This document shows positions 1 through 11,739 of a stretch of 64,000 nt of DNA, in pieces. The notes beneath the pieces were generated by a model. The model made no database searches. It worked only from the letters and a program-made list of their open reading frames with translations, and was not told where the DNA came from. A program made the translations under genes and the position numbers. The stretch's first letter is position 1, and each line of letters begins with the position of its first letter. The stretch covers positions 124,001-188,000 of the forward strand of contig CDROCS010003124.1 in assembly GCA_977020255.1 (NCBI GenBank), given 5' to 3'. The stretch comes from Obrimoposthia wandeli. Its lineage: Eukaryota.

Positions 1-2688
1 TGGAGTTGTAAACTCATTTTCTAAATTCACGTCTTGTAATTCGGCTACGTACGGTTCTGGTGTGCATGTCTTGTTCCAAGCTTCAGCTACATCGTTATCT
101 CCGCTTTCGCTTGAACTGTCTAAAATTTCTATAGGCGTTTTTATCATTTCTAACGCAGAGTTTAATATCTCCGTTAATCCTTCATTATCTACTAACTCTT
201 GGCGTCCTACAGTGATGACATCAATTTTTTCCTCTAATTCATTTCCTATCGGATATCCACACTCGACTGGTACGTCCTCATCATCTAGTGATCTCCCTTT
301 ATAATGGAACAACATATTCATTCCATCAATTTCAAGTTTCTCGGCCAACTTTTTTCGAATAGTTTTCATTGTCTGATACACGTTATGTTTTTCATGTATA
401 ATCTGTCCGGAAATTAATCGAAGCGAAATTTTCATCGTTCCCTTTTGGTTTGATCTCTGTACGTAACGACCATATCCTTTCAATAATCCTCGTGGTACTT
501 CTTTGTAACCCAAATTATCATGACTATGTTTAACCAATTCTGCTTGCACTTCTTCCAATCTGTGCACTTTAATTGTTTGCAATTTGGCCAAAACTTCTGG
601 AGCTTCACTCGTTTCATCTAACGGTTGATTTAACGTCTCCTTAGCTTCACTAATTATCTTTTTTACATTTTCCATACTCGTAGCATTTCTTGCTGCTTCT
701 ACATGATCAGTCATAGGTTGTGCGTTACACGTTTTCTCTATTGGTGTCTCATACGCTTCTAGTATTGGGTTCATTAAGTCATTCATCTCTTCTCTCGAGT
801 GTAGACTTTTTTCTTGTTTCGACAACGTAGATGAATTCGCCATCTTTGTGTGTGGTGAATCTTTAATTATTCCCAACATTCGTTCAAATTTACTATCACT
901 ATCTTCAAAATCTATTTCGCATCGAAGCTCGGTCTCGCGATTCCTATCGCTGTCATCGTTTACATAACGAAAATTTCCTTTCGGTTTCGGCGAACTCTCG
1001 CGACTATTTGTCTTGTCAACATTATTATTATTATATCGACCGGAATTATTATATCTCTCAGCTCCTTGCTGTCCTACGTAATTATTGTATCTCTCAGCTC
1101 CTTGCTGTCTGTCTGCATAGTTATTGTATCTACCTGGTGACTGTTGTCTATCTGTATACTGATTATTCGGTCTCCATGGCTGCGGAGTATATCCACCACC
1201 TCTATTCCATGGCGGGGGTGAATTATATCCTCTATAATTATTTCCAAAATTATTATTACCGAAATTATTATTTCCAAATCTGTTAGTTCCGAACTCTTTA
1301 CTTCTCGTACAATCTCTCGAATAGTGGCCCATTTGTTTACACGTGTAACACATTATTCTCCCTCGAATATCTATCTTATTTTGTTCATCTTCGAACTGTA
1401 CTCGACGACTATTCTGTCTATTATCATAGCGTCCTCTAAAATCATTTCTTCGGAAATTCGATTCAAAACCGCTTCCTCGATTATTGAATCTTCCGTCACT
1501 ACTACCTGTATTATTTCCAAATCGAGAGTCACTTCGCTCTCCTCTGTTTGCGCTATAATTCCTATCGTCCCCTTTCCAAGGTTGGCGATTTCCTGAATTA
1601 TCTCTATTAAATCTATTCCTGGAATCATCTCTATTTCTATTCCACGAATCATTACTATTTCTACCTCTTGAATCATCTCGATTCCTGTTCCAAGACTCAC
1701 TATTATTTCTACCTCTCGAATCATCTCGATTCCTACTTCGGAAATTATCTCTGTTTCCGTTACTGGATTCATCTACTTTTTCAAACTTATTTTGTCCATA
1801 ATTTCGATTCTGAAAATTACTCGGTTCTGTCTTATTCACAAATACCTTTGTCTTATCGTCATCACCTGCGGTCATTGCGTAAATTGCTATTGCTGCGTTA
1901 TTTTTTATATTTTTCTCGATCTCTCTCGCCTTTCGTACGGTGTTATCAAAATCATTTGTGTCCGATACTGCTAATAACACTTTAATATCTTTTTTCAGTC
2001 CTCCTCTGAATATGTCTAACAAAACTTCTGCCATTTCATTTTGGTTCCGGTTATTTTCCGCTACTTGTGCTTCTTGAGCTACAGGAATACCGTCCTGATT
2101 TCTCATTATTCTTCTTGGGTACGCTCTTGCGGCCAAGGTTCTCAAAACATACGCGTATTCATTCACGCCTTCGTCATGTTTCTGTTTCCGTTCCCTCATG
2201 ATTCGCTTATTCACTTTTGCTAAGTCTCCCAATACTAATTTTCCAATAAAAGCATTTTCCAACGTTGGCCAGTCTAAACGTTCTGCTTCTGTAAAATGTT
2301 TATACACTTCAAGTGCTAATCCGGTTAAGTGTGCCTGCACTCAGACACATTTTTCTTTATCGTTCCATCCTTGAACATCTGCACAACTCGAATATTCTGC
2401 GAGGAAGTCACAAATACTTTCCTCATCTCCTTTAAACTTTGTAATCTGCAATGATCCTGAAAAGTTGAGTCTCAACGTCGCATTTAGGGCTTGTGCCAAC
2501 TGTTCTGCATTCATGTCACCTACATTATTTCCTGCATTAATATCTGCTTGAGCTCCTGGTTGAGCCATATTTTCAATTATATCCTCTTCAACTATTTCTT
2601 CAATATTATTCAATTGAACTTCCTCAATCACTACTGGATTGGCAATTTCAAATTCTTCTGGGTTTATGTCACCAAATAATTCAGTCAA
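1..2688 (-). CDS. gag: Gag and downstream polyprotein of copy 1 (capsid-like region, RDDSR repeats, CCHC knuckle, SUMO-like domain), one in-frame TGA at 2343-2341
   Basis: The ORF track gives 2341..2688. The frame 2340->1 was in register at spot checks (840: ANSSTLSKQEKSLHSREEMN; 60->1: PEPYVAELQDVNLENEFTTP), and the track reports no stop-terminated ORF in it, implying it is open to the window edge. First ATG at 2568 (MAQPGAQ). Confidence 0.8.
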
Positions 2689-3048
2689 ATAAAAGCTGTC
2701 GGTTGAAACCGCTGATTGATTAACGTCTCTTTCTGATACGTTTTCTTCGACTCTAGTCTTTTCTGTTACTTTGTTATCTGTTTGGGGAACCTGTTCAATT
2801 CGGTTAAATTTATTATTATTTATCTCTTCCTGGGGAATCTGACTTTGTCTTCTAGTATTATACGCGGGTACTTTTCTATTATCCGTCGTCTTATCAATTA
2901 TGTATTCGTTTACGATATCAATTTACTTATTACTTTATCTTATTTCACTATTCTTATTTTACGATTTCTTATATCTCTTTTAATTAGTTCAAGGACACGT
3001 CTCTTGACTTAACCTATTCAATTAATTACTTCGAGTATCAATCCACTT

Positions 3049-3350
3049 GATTCTCAACTTTATCAAATTCTTAACTTCGAGGAACAAATCTACCCGATTT
3101 CTCAAAACTTATCGAATTCTTAACTTCGAGGAACAAATCTACCCGATTTCTCAAAACTTATCAAATTCTTAACTTCGAGGAACAAATCTACCCGATTTCT
3201 CAAAACTTGTCAAATTCTCAACTTCGAGGAACAAATCTACTCGACTTCTCAAAACTTATCAAATTCTCAACTTCGAGGAACAAATCTACTCGACTTCTCA
3301 AAACTTATCAAATTCTCAACTTCGAGGAACAAATCTACTCGATTTCTCAA
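3049..3350. repeat. 49-bp tandem repeat, ~6 copies, in the 5' leader of copy 1
   Basis: CTTCGAGGAACAAATCTAC recurs at 3075, 3124, 3173, 3222, 3271 and 3320. Confidence 0.9.
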
Positions 3351-3424
3351 CTTATTCAAAAACTTATCTCTATTTACTTATATCTTCTTCAAAAACTTAT
3401 TCTCAATTTGCTTATATCTTCTTC

Positions 3425-3600
3425 TGAAACTTATTCTCAATTTATCTGAAACTTATTCTCAATTTATCTTAAACTTATTCTCAATTTGCTTATATTCTTC
3501 TGCTGAAACTTATTCTCAATTTATCTGAAACTTATTCTCAATTTGCTTATATTCTTCTGCTGAAACTTATTCTCAATTTGTCTGAAACTTATTCTCTGTG
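3425..3600. repeat. Short-unit tandem repeat (CTGAAACTTATTCTCAATTT core) in the leader of copy 1
   Basis: Core repeated about 6 times with variable linkers. Confidence 0.8.
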
Positions 3601-3622
3601 AATTCGCTGTGTCCGACGAGCT

Positions 3623-3640
3623 ATCCTCACTCGGGCACCA
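3623..3640 (-). promoter_or_regulatory. Primer-binding site of copy 1 (elongator tRNA-Met type), one C shorter than in copy 2
   Basis: Minus strand reads TGGTGCCCGAGTGAGGAT, 8 nt after the LTR end. Confidence 0.75.
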
Positions 3641-3648
3641 CTTTAATA

Positions 3649-5898
3649 TGTTGGGGTTTCTATACGAGACTTGTACAGATCCTCTTGTGTGCGGAGGGCC
3701 CCAACGTGAGTTCGAATAGAAGCAGGTCTTAAAGTTGGTCGTGGCCTACTTAGTGCTATGGTTGCCTATCTCAATTTCTTATCTGAAGGTGTTTGTTTTG
3801 ACGTCTCTTAATCTGAAGGGTTTAAAACAACGTTTTCTAATGTAGGAAATCGTTTATTGGTAACACACTAGACTAAAACACAACAATACGTTTACGTACG
3901 TATCTTCTAAAAAGTATAGTAAAAATTCCTAAGACTTCTGTAAGTCTCTACACAAGTGGGGATGAACCACGTATCGATTTTATGTTAAGGGTGATCGAGA
4001 TTTTGGTGTTGTTCCTCTAACTCGCGAATAAGCTCAAGTTATAGATTTTTCAAATCAATTTTAACTCTAATGTCAAACTTTACGTTTTTGAGGGTAAACT
4101 TTTAATTTTATGTCAATAAAGGTGGTGATTCAAACTTCCTTAAAAATGGGCAAATTGAAATTTTATCAATAAGCAATCTATCAACGATAGAACTTTACTT
4201 CTTTTAGGGTAAATTGAGTTTTATCTCAAAAATCAAACTTTATTAAATACGGAAAATTGCAACCTATCAACGATAGAATTCAGGGTAAATTGAGTTTTAT
4301 CTCAAAAATCAAACTTTATTAAATACGGAAAATTGCAATCTATCAACGATAGAATTCAGGGTAAATTGAGTTTTATCTCAAAAATCAAACTTTATTAAAT
4401 ACGGAAAATTAAAATCTATCAACGATAGAATTCAGGGTAAATTGAGTTTTATCTCAAAAATCAAACTTTATTAAATACGGAAAATTGCAATCTATCAACG
4501 ATAGAATTCAGGGTAAATTGAGTTTTATCTCAAAAATCAAACTTTATTAAATACGGAAAATTGCAATCTATCAACGATAGAATTCAGGGTAAATTGAGTT
4601 TTATCTCAAAAATCAAACTTTATTAAATACGGAAAATTGCAATCTATCAACGATAGAATTCAGGGTAAATTGAGTTTTATCTCAAAAATCAAACTTTATT
4701 AAATACGGAAAATTGCAATCTATCAACGATAGAATTCAGGGTAAATTGAGTTTTATCTCAAAAATCAAACTTTATTAAATACGGAAAATTGCAATCTATC
4801 AACGATAGAATTCAGGGTAAATTGAGTTTTATCTCAAAAATCAAACTTTATTAAATACGGAAAATTGCAATCTATCAACGATAGAATTCAGGGTAAATTG
4901 AGTTTTATCTCAAAAATCAAACTTTATTAAATACGGAAAATTGCAATCTATCAACGATAGAACTTATGTTATTACGTTCTCACCAATAGTGCTGGAGCCG
5001 TCTAATCCAAGCCTGAGTTCGGTCAAGATCCGTATCCGTTCCGGTTCTGGTCCGACTGCGATTCGGTCTCGTAGTTTCTCAGTTCCGCGGTTAGATGCGG
5101 CTCACGTTCTCGTTGGATTCCTTCCTTGGAATAAATAAATTTCTTCGTTCGCCAAATTTTACTTCGATTGCTTCCTAATGTAGACTAGTGAATCTACTCT
5201 TGTTGGGGATCGTGTGATTGTTTTCCCGTGGCACAGTCAATTGATTTGTGTCTGTCACTTCCTCGCAGCACTGTTAGTTGATTTGTGTCTCTCACTTTCC
5301 TCGCAGTACAGTTAATTGATTTCCCTTGTAGCGTGTAACGTCGCGGTTTTGATTCGGGAATTCCACTGATTTTTCTGCGGGTTTTTCTGTGACAGCTAAG
5401 TTGACTTTGCTCGTGTCACTGGCAATTTAATTTCTTCGTCTCCCCTGTTGAATTGGTGAGCAGACTTAAATAGTCTCGCTGCTTTCACCTGGATAGGACA
5501 GGCAAGTTGCACCTGGAGATAAGAGGTAATTAAAATCGACCGCACTAAATGTGCTTACCTTTGCTGACGTTGGCGAATTTTACGTTGGCTAAATTCTTCT
5601 CAATTTTCTTCTTAATTAGTTTTTCTTTTTTCGCTGACGTTGCTATTTTCTTCGTTAATTAATTTTTTCTGACAGTGCTATTTTTTTTGCACTTTTACTA
5701 GTTAATTTTAACCTTATATACAACACATTATACACGACCTTCGTGGTCCTCTTAATTTTTATTCCTAATTTAGTCCTAATAATTTAACTCGATTTTAAAA
5801 TTAAAATTTATTTAATTCTCAACCTTGCTTTCAAGGATTTCTACTTCACTATAAAACAATTATTTATTTCCAATTTTACTCAAAACCTAATCTTAACA
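3649..5898 (-). repeat. 5' LTR of copy 1 (~2250 bp)
   Basis: TGTTAAG...CCCCAACA termini. Homology with 9825-12314 at both ends. AATAAA on the minus strand at 3858-3853. The outer end coincides with the break in the piggyBac ORF. Confidence 0.8.
4207..4962. repeat. 76-bp tandem array, ~10 near-identical copies, inside the LTR of copy 1
   Basis: GGGTAAATTGAG starts at 4207, 4283, 4359, 4435, 4511, 4587, 4663, 4739, 4815 and 4891. Confidence 0.95.
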
Positions 5899-6567
5899 AT
5901 TGCACAATTGTACGAATGGGAGCCAGGGGATCCTCCCTATCCCTCCTTATGGGATCGTCAAAGCGTAATGCTTGCTTCGGTTGTTTGAAGCGCTGGCAGC
6001 TCATGGTGGCCCTAAAAAGAGCATGACCATAACGATCCGACCACATTTCCTCCAGTACTCGATGATGTGCCGTTAGGGCGCCTGCAAGAAAATGAAGTCC
6101 AATGAATGCTCGCATTTCATTTGCAGTCACTTGCTTCCATTCAACGCCTTTTTCGCGGGCCAATCTGCGACCATACAAGTTTGTAAACATTATCGCACAA
6201 TCAACTGAACTGTCAAAGAATACTTCAAAAGATTCTAATCGTGATTCGGGGTGCAAACCACGACGAAATCCTTGGACACCACGGAATATATTAGCATATA
6301 TAATTTTAAAGAGTCAGATTTCTGCATTGAAAAACAAGAATGCATTATATTTGTTTGGGGTGCAAATTGCACCCCAAACGACAGTATATATAAAAATATG
6401 TCTGAGCTTCCTCATAGTATACAAATGTTTGACTTTCCGATATGATGTGTAGAATGGTCAAACTTAAAAAGTCATAAAGCAGAAATTCTCAAAGTTTGAT
6501 TAATTCGAGTTTATAACACTTGAAATGTGCCTGGGGTGCAAAATGCACCCCAAACAGCGACGAACTG
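5899..6567 (-). mobile_element. piggyBac-type DNA transposon, left end and truncated transposase
   Basis: TTAA at 6568-6571. Subterminal palindromes GGGGTGCA-n-TGCACCCC at ~6353-6379 and ~6532-6552. Protein has EMRAFIGLHFLAG...EEMWSD...FRATMSCQRF...LRFDD...DPLAPIR, typical of piggyBac transposase N-termini. It is cut at 5898 by the LTR. Confidence 0.8.
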
Positions 6568-6571
6568 TTAA

Positions 6572-6750
6572 GATTATATTCCCATTCAGATAATGCAGCT
6601 TGACAGTATATACATTTTACTTTATCAGGTGAATCATCATCATGTTTATAAAATCCAGTTTTAACGATATCATTTTTAGATTGATTCACTTTAACATTTA
6701 ATAATAATGAATTTAATCTTTCACTTTCATCTCTATATCTCTGATATTAA
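6572..6750 (-). pseudogene. BIR-domain (IAP-like) gene fragment interrupted by piggyBac
   Basis: YRDESERLNSL...KTGFYKHDDDSPDKVKCIYCQAALSEWEYN matches the N-terminal part of the BIR pattern. It stops at the TTAA before the H and C ligands. Confidence 0.7.
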
Positions 6751-6959
6751 ACATTCATTCTAGTATATATCCTACTTTCCATTTAACTAAAACATCATTA
6801 ACAGTTCTATAATGAATAATATAATCAACAAGCATTTCAAAATCAAATCAAATAAGATACATATTTGTTTATAAAAATTTACAATTCAACTAAATAAATG
6901 TATTGTTTATATCGAAAGTAAAATATCAGTTATTATCCAAGTCACATCAAAGCTATAAT

Positions 6960-7410
6960 CCAAATCCTTGAGACTGAGTATGACCACCTTCCCGCTTGCA
7001 AATATGCTGACACATAGAGTATTGTTTTGAAAACATCAAAACAGGAAACAACTCAGGTTTGAATATGCATACAGCTCCACACTTTTGAGACATCTTGTAT
7101 AGGTTTACTCTCTTACCTAAATCCACAGTAGTCGTCACTGATTGAATACGTCCCATCTTTATTCTAAAATTTAGAATCTAAATGAATACTTGAGCATAGT
7201 TGTAGTAAGAGGTTTCTTGTAACCTATTATCCTACATGCGCCTAATAATAATTAACTAACATAGATTATAAAACACACCTGAGCGGAAAATTATAAGGGT
7301 ATAATCCTTACACCTGCGCATGTACTGAAAGGGTTTCCAACTTTGAAGGGTAAGCGACTGATGTATCCTTTAACTCTACTTTTATAATTAATATTTGTAT
7401 GATTAAATTC
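6960..7410 (-). pseudogene. TATA-binding-protein-like relic
   Basis: RIQSVTTTVDLGKRVNL...FKPELFPVLMF and, after a frameshift, VSIFASGKVVIL resemble TBP repeat 2 (YEPELFPGL...LIFVSGKVVLTG). Upstream LIIFRSG resembles repeat 1. Confidence 0.6.
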
Positions 7411-7431
7411 ACGGAAGTAACCTTATAACCC

Positions 7432-7453
7432 TATATATATATATATATATATA
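7432..7453. repeat. (TA)n microsatellite
   Basis: Direct reading. Confidence 0.9.
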
Positions 7454-8699
7454 CTAATAATTAAACAATCAGTATTAAGTATGATGATATAAAATCTACC
7501 GCTTTCGTATACAATTCATTATTTCAAAATGAGCAACAAACAACCTAAAACTCACAAGTTTGAGACGCCATCATCAAGGCTTGCAGATTCAAATGAGGAT
7601 CTCTTTGATGATGATATAGTTTCCACACCCAAGTATAAGAAACAAACAACATCAAGAAACAAAATTTTCTTTTTATGACCATAACATTTTATTTTTGCAC
7701 GAATTCTAACACCTTTTATTTTTACTTCTAACTATATACCCTTCAAATGGAAAATCAAAAAACAACTCCCAGTATAACTGGATTCCTATTTCTAGGATTA
7801 AGTGAGATACAAGCCCAGATAAGCACACAAAGACCAGAAATGGCAATTTAGGCAAGCTTTCTAAACGTGAAAATTAGACATTTGTTTCACCCGTTTCTTC
7901 AAGGGAAAACCGGACACGCAAAATAATATAGATGTTGTTTCTTTGCTTGTGCATGATCAATGTATTAAATAATATTTATTTTACTTCTCTAACTTTATTT
8001 TTGTGATTTTAATGAAATGCGACATCGGGAGACTAAACATAATAGCATATTGATTAAAAACATTAAAAACTATTTTTTCTCATATCACTACGTCAGAGGT
8101 CTGACTTTATTTACCCTCATAGGATTGTTGGAATTAAAACTTCATTAAAACTAATTAAAATTTTAATCAACTCATTCGCTTTGCAAGGCTAGTCAGGAAG
8201 GCGGCTTTAGATAATATAATGATTATTGACAACCAACATTTACTTAGCTCCTGCCACCTCTCCAATCGGCAGCATAGACGACAGCACTGACCGACTACCG
8301 CTGTAGATTTATGCCACTCTCGGTAGACATCACTCTTTCTATCTCTCCCAGCGCAGCTGATCATCTTCCTGGATACCCACTCTGATGCTGTCAGGATCTG
8401 CTCTCACAGACTAATCTGTCTCGTATCTTCCCTGTCACAACGCAGTGTCATCTACCTCCATATCGCTTACTGTTGCAGTTGGTCGCACTTATGACTAACA
8501 TCAGATGCATGTGCTGTTAAATAACTGGTGATTCGAAGGAAGGATCACAAAAATTGACGTTTTTTTCGGACCAATTACAATTTAAAATTTATCAAAATTC
8601 TGAACAATCTCATTGAACAAAATTGAAAAATTGATTCTACTTCTAGTTACAATTTAAAGTTGAACGATTATTATAGGTCCACGAATATAATTTGTTAAC

Positions 8700-9440
8700 A
8701 AGCGACTTTATTTGATTTCCTTGAGTTATCATAACAGTTACACAAAAACAATACGTAACCATATGGAATTCCGTTATTATATATTTCAGGTTACAAAATA
8801 CTGAACAAGCAGCTGTAGTATACCGAAATGTCAACGCTGAAACCCAACAGACAGTTCAAGCCAAAGTTATGGAACATACATACGATGAAAATTGGGCATG
8901 TAGTCAGATGATAGAGATGTTAGAGAGACATCATTGTGAACATTGTTAACAGACTAAAAAAACACCAAATGTACTATCTAAATTTGAATTGCCGTACGAG
9001 TAGATTCAATGGAATTGGTACCACGATTATATTTAAAAGCCTGACATAAGGAAACAAAGTATAATCAATGAGAAGAACAGAGTAAAAGGAACCATTCAAC
9101 TGAATACAAAATACCAACTATGATAAAACTTGAATGAGTACCCAAAGAACAAAAACGTCAGGTGTTCAAAACACAACGGGCGCACGGAACACGAACGACG
9201 CTGTTTGAAACAGTAAGAGACAAAAAAGAACGCGATTACCATTTTGCAGACAAGATCACGCCAGTAATAGCTCTAATAGCAATAGCAGCAGTGTCTCTGA
9301 CCATATTCTTACTTACAACAATGTGCGTAAAAGGTTGTCAAATATGTCCGAGAATACGACGAAGATGTATAGAAATACAATATTGTGACACACCTATGAT
9401 GGAGGAAGTGGAATTCCGACTCTTACATCCGCCGCCTACA
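8700..9440 (+). pseudogene. Degenerate ORF for an unidentified single-pass membrane protein
   Basis: Frame broken by several stops, ending in hydrophobic ITPVIALIAIAAVSLTIFLLTTMC followed by a Cys/basic tail. Confidence 0.35.
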
Positions 9441-9722
9441 AGGGCTCCAGTATATTTGGCCACTGTGGTTGAGTACCTCGTTGCTTAGGTGCTGAAGCTA
9501 TCAAGAAACGCTGATCTGGACAACAAGAAGACATGCGTCATTCCACGTCATCTACAGTTGGCCATCCGCAACGACGACGAGCTTAACAAACTGCTCGTTG
9601 GTGTCACTATCAACCAAGATAGTGTCCTGTTCAACATTAAGTCTGATTTCTTGCCCACAAAGACTGCTAAGTCTCCCAAGACTGATAAAATGTCTTTCAT
9701 TAATCTTAAAACTTACATGTGA
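9441..9722 (+). pseudogene. H2A: Histone H2A C-terminal fragment with one in-frame TAG
   Basis: [56 protein letters not shown] matches canonical [52 protein letters not shown]. Confidence 0.9.
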
Positions 9723-10080
9723 TTGAGAAGGAAGGTTGTAGATAACTAGTGTATAAAGAAATTGAGTGTGGAAAATGGAAAGTAGAAATCGAGCGTAGAA
9801 ATATAATGTAGAAACTAATTATAGTGTTAGGTTTAGGAATTGAGAAAAAATAAATTAATTAATCGAATTTATAGTGAAATAAGAATCTTTGAAAGCAAGT
9901 TTATAAATTAAATAAAATTAAATATTAGAATTAAATTGTTAAAATTAAAAGGTAAATTGAATATTAAGGACCACGAAGGTCGTGTGTAGTCCGCTGTATA
10001 TATAGGAGGTTGAATTACTATTAAGGGCCCCAAAAAAGTGATTAATTAAAAGAAGGAGAAACACAACGAAGAAGCTAAAA

Positions 10081-10289
10081 GAAATCAACCAGGAAGCCTC
10101 CAATAGAAGCCTCCATTAATCAGGACAATAGAGGAAATCAACCAGGAAGCCTCCAATAGAAGCCTCCATTAATCAGGACAATAGAGGAAATCAACCAGGA
10201 AACCTCCATTAGAAGCCTCCATTAATCAGGACAATAGAGGAAATCAACCAGGAAACCTCCATTAGAAGCCTCCATTAATCAGGAAAATA
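10081..10289. repeat. 53-bp tandem repeat, ~4 copies, in the LTR of copy 2
   Basis: GAAATCAACCAGGAA unit at 10081, 10134, 10187 and 10240. Confidence 0.9.
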
Positions 10290-10437
10290 TTAGCACTTAG
10301 CTAAGTACGCTGAAAACACTTAGCGTCGGGCCAACGCCGAGAAGGAGAATTCGCTGAACAACACGCCAGTGTCTGGAAAAACACTTAGCGTCGGAAGGTA
10401 AAATTATTATAAATAAAATAAAATTAACCGCTCGCTT

Positions 10438-10596
10438 CAGTACGATTACAGCCGTTAAATTGCAAGTAATTACCTAGAAGACAGAAATTTTTGGAAATTG
10501 CCAGCCGGATTGAAAACAGTACGATTATAGCCGTTAAATTGCAAGTCATTACCTAGAAGACAGAAATTGTTGGAAATTGCCAGCCGGATTGAAAAC
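10438..10596. repeat. 79-bp tandem duplication in the LTR of copy 2
   Basis: CAGTACGATT...GCCGGATTGAAAA at 10438 and 10517. Confidence 0.9.
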
Positions 10597-10885
10597 AACA
10601 AGGTAAGAGAGAGTCGAAACAATTCCACCAACATTGAAACAGATCGCGCAGATAATCAGTGTAGCCTCCAGCCAAGCCAAGCTCGCAGGACCACAACGCA
10701 GAATAACCCAGCTATTCTCTCAATCGGTAGAGCACGGGACCTTGTGCAGAACGACACTTAGGAGCAGCATAGCGAGTTCGTCGGAACAATTTGGAATTGT
10801 CTTCTTGGAATTGTTGCAGATTGGAAGGTGAGCCGACACAATTTAGAAGGAATTTTGAATCACTATTATTAAATTCAGTGATAAA

Positions 10886-11739
10886 TTGATAAAAGTTTTA
10901 CGAGTTGAATTGATAAAGTTATAACTGACATTGTTCTATATAGATAATTGATAAAAGTTTTACGAGTTGAATTGATAAAGTTATAACTGACATTGTTCTA
11001 TATAGATAATTGATAAAAGTTTTACGAGTTGAATTGATAAAGTTATAAACTGACATTGTTCTATATAAATAATTGATAAAAGTTTTACGAGTTGAATTGA
11101 TAAAGTTATAACTGACATTGTTCTATATAGATAATTGATAAAAGTTTTACGAGTTGAATTGATAAAGTTATAAACTGACATTGTTCTATATAAATAATTG
11201 ATAAAAGTTTTACGAGTTGAATTGATAAAGTTATAACCGACATTGTTCTATATAGATAATTGATAAAAGTTTTACGAGTTGAATTGATAAAGTTATAACC
11301 GACATTGTTCTATATAAATAATTGATAAAAGTTTTACGAGTTGAATTGATAAAGTTATAACTGACATTGTTCTATATAAATAATTGATAAAAGTTTTACG
11401 AGTTGAATTGATAAAGTTATAACCGACATTGTTTTATATAAATAATCGATAAAAGTTTTACGAGTTTGAATTGATAAAGTTATAACCGACATTGTTTTGT
11501 ATACATAATTGATAAAAGTTTTACGAGTTTGAATGGATAAAGTTATAACCGACATTGTTTTATATAAATAATCGATAAAAGTTTTACGAGTTTGAATTGA
11601 TAAAGTTATAACCGACATTGTTTTGTATACATAATTGATAAAAGTTTTACGAGTTTGAATGGATAAAGTTATAACCGACATTGTTTTATATAAATAATCG
11701 ATAAATGTTTTACGAGTTTGAATTGATAAAGTTATAACT
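10886..11739. repeat. 62-63-bp tandem array, ~13.7 copies, inside the LTR of copy 2
   Basis: 14 unit starts from 10886 to 11698. The distal units alternate between two variants. Confidence 0.95.

Larger units (their letters stand above)
1..5898 (-). mobile_element. Ty3/Gypsy-type LTR retrotransposon, copy 1 (5' LTR, PBS, leader, gag and start of downstream polyprotein; runs off the window start)
   Basis: Reverse complement aligns by eye with copy 2 from the LTR through gag to PEPYVAELQDV (copy 2 ~15590). LTR start TGTTAAG at 5898, LTR end CCCCAACA at 3649, PBS follows. Confidence 0.9.

Noticed and set aside
1008-2223. Several plus-strand ORFs and alternate-frame ORFs overlapping gag, mirrored at 13423-14638
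   Set aside because: These are shadow frames of repetitive, purine-rich gag codons; they recur only because gag is duplicated.
4207-11739. 76-bp and 62-bp arrays as CRISPR-like loci
   Set aside because: Units are head-to-tail with no unique spacers, there are no cas genes, and the context is a eukaryotic LTR.
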